NCBI GenBank assembly: GCA_047456315.1
Contig: CP179889.1
Span: 256,776 to 320,775 of the forward strand
Source: Candidatus Nealsonbacteria bacterium
GTDB taxonomy: Bacteria; Patescibacteriota; Minisyncoccia; Minisyncoccales; JANBVM01
Direction: 5' to 3'
DNA: 64,000 bases
Below are positions 61,894 to 64,000 of the stretch, in pieces. A model generated the notes under the pieces. The model made no database searches. It was not told the origin of the DNA and was given only the letters and a program-made list of their open reading frames with translations. The translations under genes were made by a program, and so were the position numbers. How positions within the stretch are numbered: position 1 is the first letter of the stretch; the number at the start of each line of letters is the position of its first letter.

Positions 61894-64000
61894 TAAAAAC
61901 TAAGAAACTGATTCTTTGGCTTAAGGATATTTCAAAAAAAGATACAAAGTTAGTTGGCGGAAAGAATGCTTCTTTGGGCGAGATGTTTTCTAATCTTGGA
62001 AAAAAGGGAATCAGTATTCCTGACGGTTTTGCCACAACCTCAAGAGCTTATTGGTATTTTTTAAAAGAAAATGGAATTGATAAAGAATTAAAAAAAATCT
62101 TTAAAGATTTTAATCCTAAAAGCTTAACAAGCTTGAAAAAAACAGGAAGTTTAGCCCGTAAGTTGATTTTAGAAGGCAAGTTTCCAAAGGATTTAGAGAG
62201 AGAAATTATTAAAAACTACAAGACTCTGTCAAAAAAATACTCTGAAGATAAAACTGATGTTGCTGTGCGTTCATCCGCGACCGCAGAAGATTTAAAAACA
62301 GCAAGTTTTGCCGGGCAAATGGAAACTTACTTAAATGTAGAAGGGGAAGAGGATTTATTGAAAGCTGTTAAAAAATGCATGGCATCTTTGTTCACTGACA
62401 GAGGTATTTCCTACAGAGAAGAAAAAGGTTTTAATCATTTAAAAATTGCTCTTTCTGTTGGAATTCAGAAAATGGTCAGGTCTGATCTGGGTTCATCAGG
62501 AGTAATATTTACAATTGATACTGAATCAGGATTTAAAAATGTTGTTCTGATTAATTCTATTTTTGGAATAGGGGAGATGATTGTTAAAGGAAAAATAATT
62601 CCTGATGAATTTTATGTTTTCAAGCCTACTTTGAAAAAAGGATTTAAATCAATAATTGTCAGGAATTTTGGCAAAAAAACAAAGAAACATGTTTACAGCA
62701 GGAAAGGCGGATTAAAGAAAGTTGCGGTCAGCAAGAAAGACCAGAAAAGGTTTTCTTTGACTGATAAAGAGATTTTAACCCTGGCTGACTGGGCTGTAAA
62801 AATTGAACAGTATTACAACTTCCCTCAGGATATTGAGTGGGCAAAAGATGGGAAGCTCAATAAGTTGTTTATTGTCCAGTCAAGGCCTGAAACTGTTCAT
62901 GCAGTTAAAAAACACAGGGTTTATGAGGAATACCGAATTAACAGCAAAAACAAGCCAATTCTAAAAGGTATTGCAGTTGGGAATAAGATTGGAAAAGGAA
63001 AGGTAAACGTTATTTCTGATGTTTCAAGGATAACTGATTTTAAAAAAGGAGAAGTTTTGGTTACTGAAATGACTGATCCGGATTGGGTTCCAATAATGAG
63101 ACTGGCTTCAGCTATTATTACTGATAAGGGCGGGAAAACTGCTCATGCTGCTATTGTTTCAAGAGAACTTGGTGTTCCTTGTATTGTTGGAACAAGAAAA
63201 GCAAGCAAGGTTTTAAAAACAGGCCAATTTGTTACTGTTGACTGTACAAAAGGAAGGGTATTCTCAGGAGAAGTTCCTTTCAAGGTTAAAAGATATAATT
63301 TAAAGAAAATTCCTAAGCTGCCAGTGAGTATTAGTTTGAATCTAGGAGCGCCTGAGATTGCTTTTAAGAGCTCATTTCTGCCTGTTGATGGAGTTGGTTT
63401 GGCAAGAGAAGAGTTCATAATTGCTGAGAAAATAAGGATTCATCCTCTAGCGCTATATAATTTCAGGAGTTTGAAAGATAAAAAAGTTAAAAGAAAGATT
63501 GAAGAGTTAACTTTTGGTTATAAGGATAAAAAGCAGTACTTTATTGATAAGTTAGCTGAAGGAATAGCTCAAATTGCTGCTGCATTTTATCCTAAAGATG
63601 TAATTGTCAGGTTATCTGACTTTAAAACAAATGAATATGCAAGTTTAATAGGTGGAAAGTCTTTTGAACCAGAAGAATCAAATCCAATGCTGGGCTGGAG
63701 GGGCGCCTCAAGATATTATGATAAGAAATTTAAACCAGCCTTTAAGATGGAGTGTCTGGCAATTAAAAAAGCCAGGGAAGTGTTTGGTTTAAAAAATATC
63801 TGGGTAATGGTTCCATTTTGCAGAACTCCGGAAGAAGGAAAACAAGTTTTAGATTTAATGGCTCAAAATAATCTAAAAAAAGGCAATGATGGGCTTAAGG
63901 TTATTGTGATGTGCGAGATTCCCTCAAATGTTATTTTAGCCGGTGAGTTTTTGAAGATATTTGACGGTATGAGTATTGGTTCAAATGATTTGACTCAATT
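61890..64000 (+). CDS. ppsA: phosphoenolpyruvate synthase (3' end beyond the window)
   Basis: ATG 61890 overlaps the acs TGA (ATGA). VGGKNASLGEM, the phosphohistidine loop GGKTAHAAIVSRELGVP and MCEIP are present. The frame is open to the window end, and the ORF is not in the track because it is unterminated. Confidence 0.93.
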   Translation, partial: MIKTKKLILWLKDISKKDTKLVGGKNASLGEMFSNLGKKGISIPDGFATTSRAYWYFLKENGIDKELKKIFKDFNPKSLTSLKKTGSLARKLILEGKFPKDLEREIIKNYKTLSKKYSEDKTDVAVRSSATAEDLKTASFAGQMETYLNVEGEEDLLKAVKKCMASLFTDRGISYREEKGFNHLKIALSVGIQKMVRSDLGSSGVIFTIDTESGFKNVVLINSIFGIGEMIVKGKIIPDEFYVFKPTLKKGFKSIIVRNFGKKTKKHVYSRKGGLKKVAVSKKDQKRFSLTDKEILTLADWAVKIEQYYNFPQDIEWAKDGKLNKLFIVQSRPETVHAVKKHRVYEEYRINSKNKPILKGIAVGNKIGKGKVNVISDVSRITDFKKGEVLVTEMTDPDWVPIMRLASAIITDKGGKTAHAAIVSRELGVPCIVGTRKASKVLKTGQFVTVDCTKGRVFSGEVPFKVKRYNLKKIPKLPVSISLNLGAPEIAFKSSFLPVDGVGLAREEFIIAEKIRIHPLALYNFRSLKDKKVKRKIEELTFGYKDKKQYFIDKLAEGIAQIAAAFYPKDVIVRLSDFKTNEYASLIGGKSFEPEESNPMLGWRGASRYYDKKFKPAFKMECLAIKKAREVFGLKNIWVMVPFCRTPEEGKQVLDLMAQNNLKKGNDGLKVIVMCEIPSNVILAGEFLKIFDGMSIGSNDLTQ

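Noticed and set aside
1-64000. Alternative genetic code (UGA recoded, as in some CPR lineages)
   Set aside because: Several clearly complete genes end in TGA (speE, acs, the recJ-like gene). An RF2 gene with a TGA-dependent autoregulatory frameshift is present.
1-64000. Numerous antisense or overlapping track ORFs (for example 601..828, 1436..1651, 7708..8058, 10842..11153, 11206..11508, 14330..14728, 17203..17616, 41513..41860, 45833..46231, 49657..50082, 55523..55858, 56003..56290, 63143..63418)
   Set aside because: Each lies inside, and mostly opposite to, a longer ORF with unmistakable conserved motifs. Their sequences are low-complexity mirror translations.

Overview
This is an AT-rich, gene-dense window transcribed mostly on the plus strand. 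The gene content looks like a small-genome Patescibacteria/CPR-type bacterium. That placement is an inference from several features: a sigma-region-4 plus HARE-HTH protein, archaeal-type ApgM, scattered glycolysis genes, few biosynthetic genes and weak Shine-Dalgarno signals. No database search was possible. The genetic code appears standard, because TGA ends several genes and an RF2 gene with the classical +1 frameshift is present.

Core content:
- hpf
- a four-gene polyamine module (speH, a DUF43/BpsA-like gene, speE, an SDH-like gene)
- secA, pgk, a RecJ-like DHH protein, rnhA, RNase P RNA (minus strand), murJ, lepA, ftsB
- tRNA-Gly and tRNA-Thr, prfB, ftsEX, tRNA-Gln
- mltG, an ECF sigma/anti-sigma pair, pyrF, an ABC exporter (minus strand), ftsZ, trxB, eno, apgM
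- a GltB-like FMN protein plus ferredoxin
- an iscR-iscS-iscU-mnmA-thiI block
- gap, acs and a 3'-truncated ppsA

The most interesting region is a roughly 10 kb accessory island (about 23.7-33.7 kb) immediately 3' of tRNA-Gln.
- It carries a C-protein-controlled type II R-M system, a LexA-type repressor divergent from a GC-rich mini-HNH gene, a GIY-YIG-like gene between two small membrane proteins, two proteins with HEPN-like Rx4H motifs, and a methyltransferase C-terminal relic.
- It is partitioned by four same-strand copies of a conserved module (GGAGCAGGCTAGTG + hairpin + ACCGAG). Three of the copies are followed by intrinsic terminators.
- I could not assign this module to any RNA family. 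I flag it as a candidate new structured small RNA or recombination-site family.

Other leads:
- a radical SAM/SPASM enzyme next to an independently expressed acidic Cys-containing 70-aa peptide
- a membrane protein plus VirD4/TraD-like ATPase pair with a C-terminal zinc ribbon
- FtsZ with N-terminal AT-hook-like repeats
- an HNH gene bracketed by duplicated hairpins
- a free-standing LAGLIDADG endonuclease

All functional calls rest on motif recognition by eye. No BLAST, HMM or Rfam run was possible.
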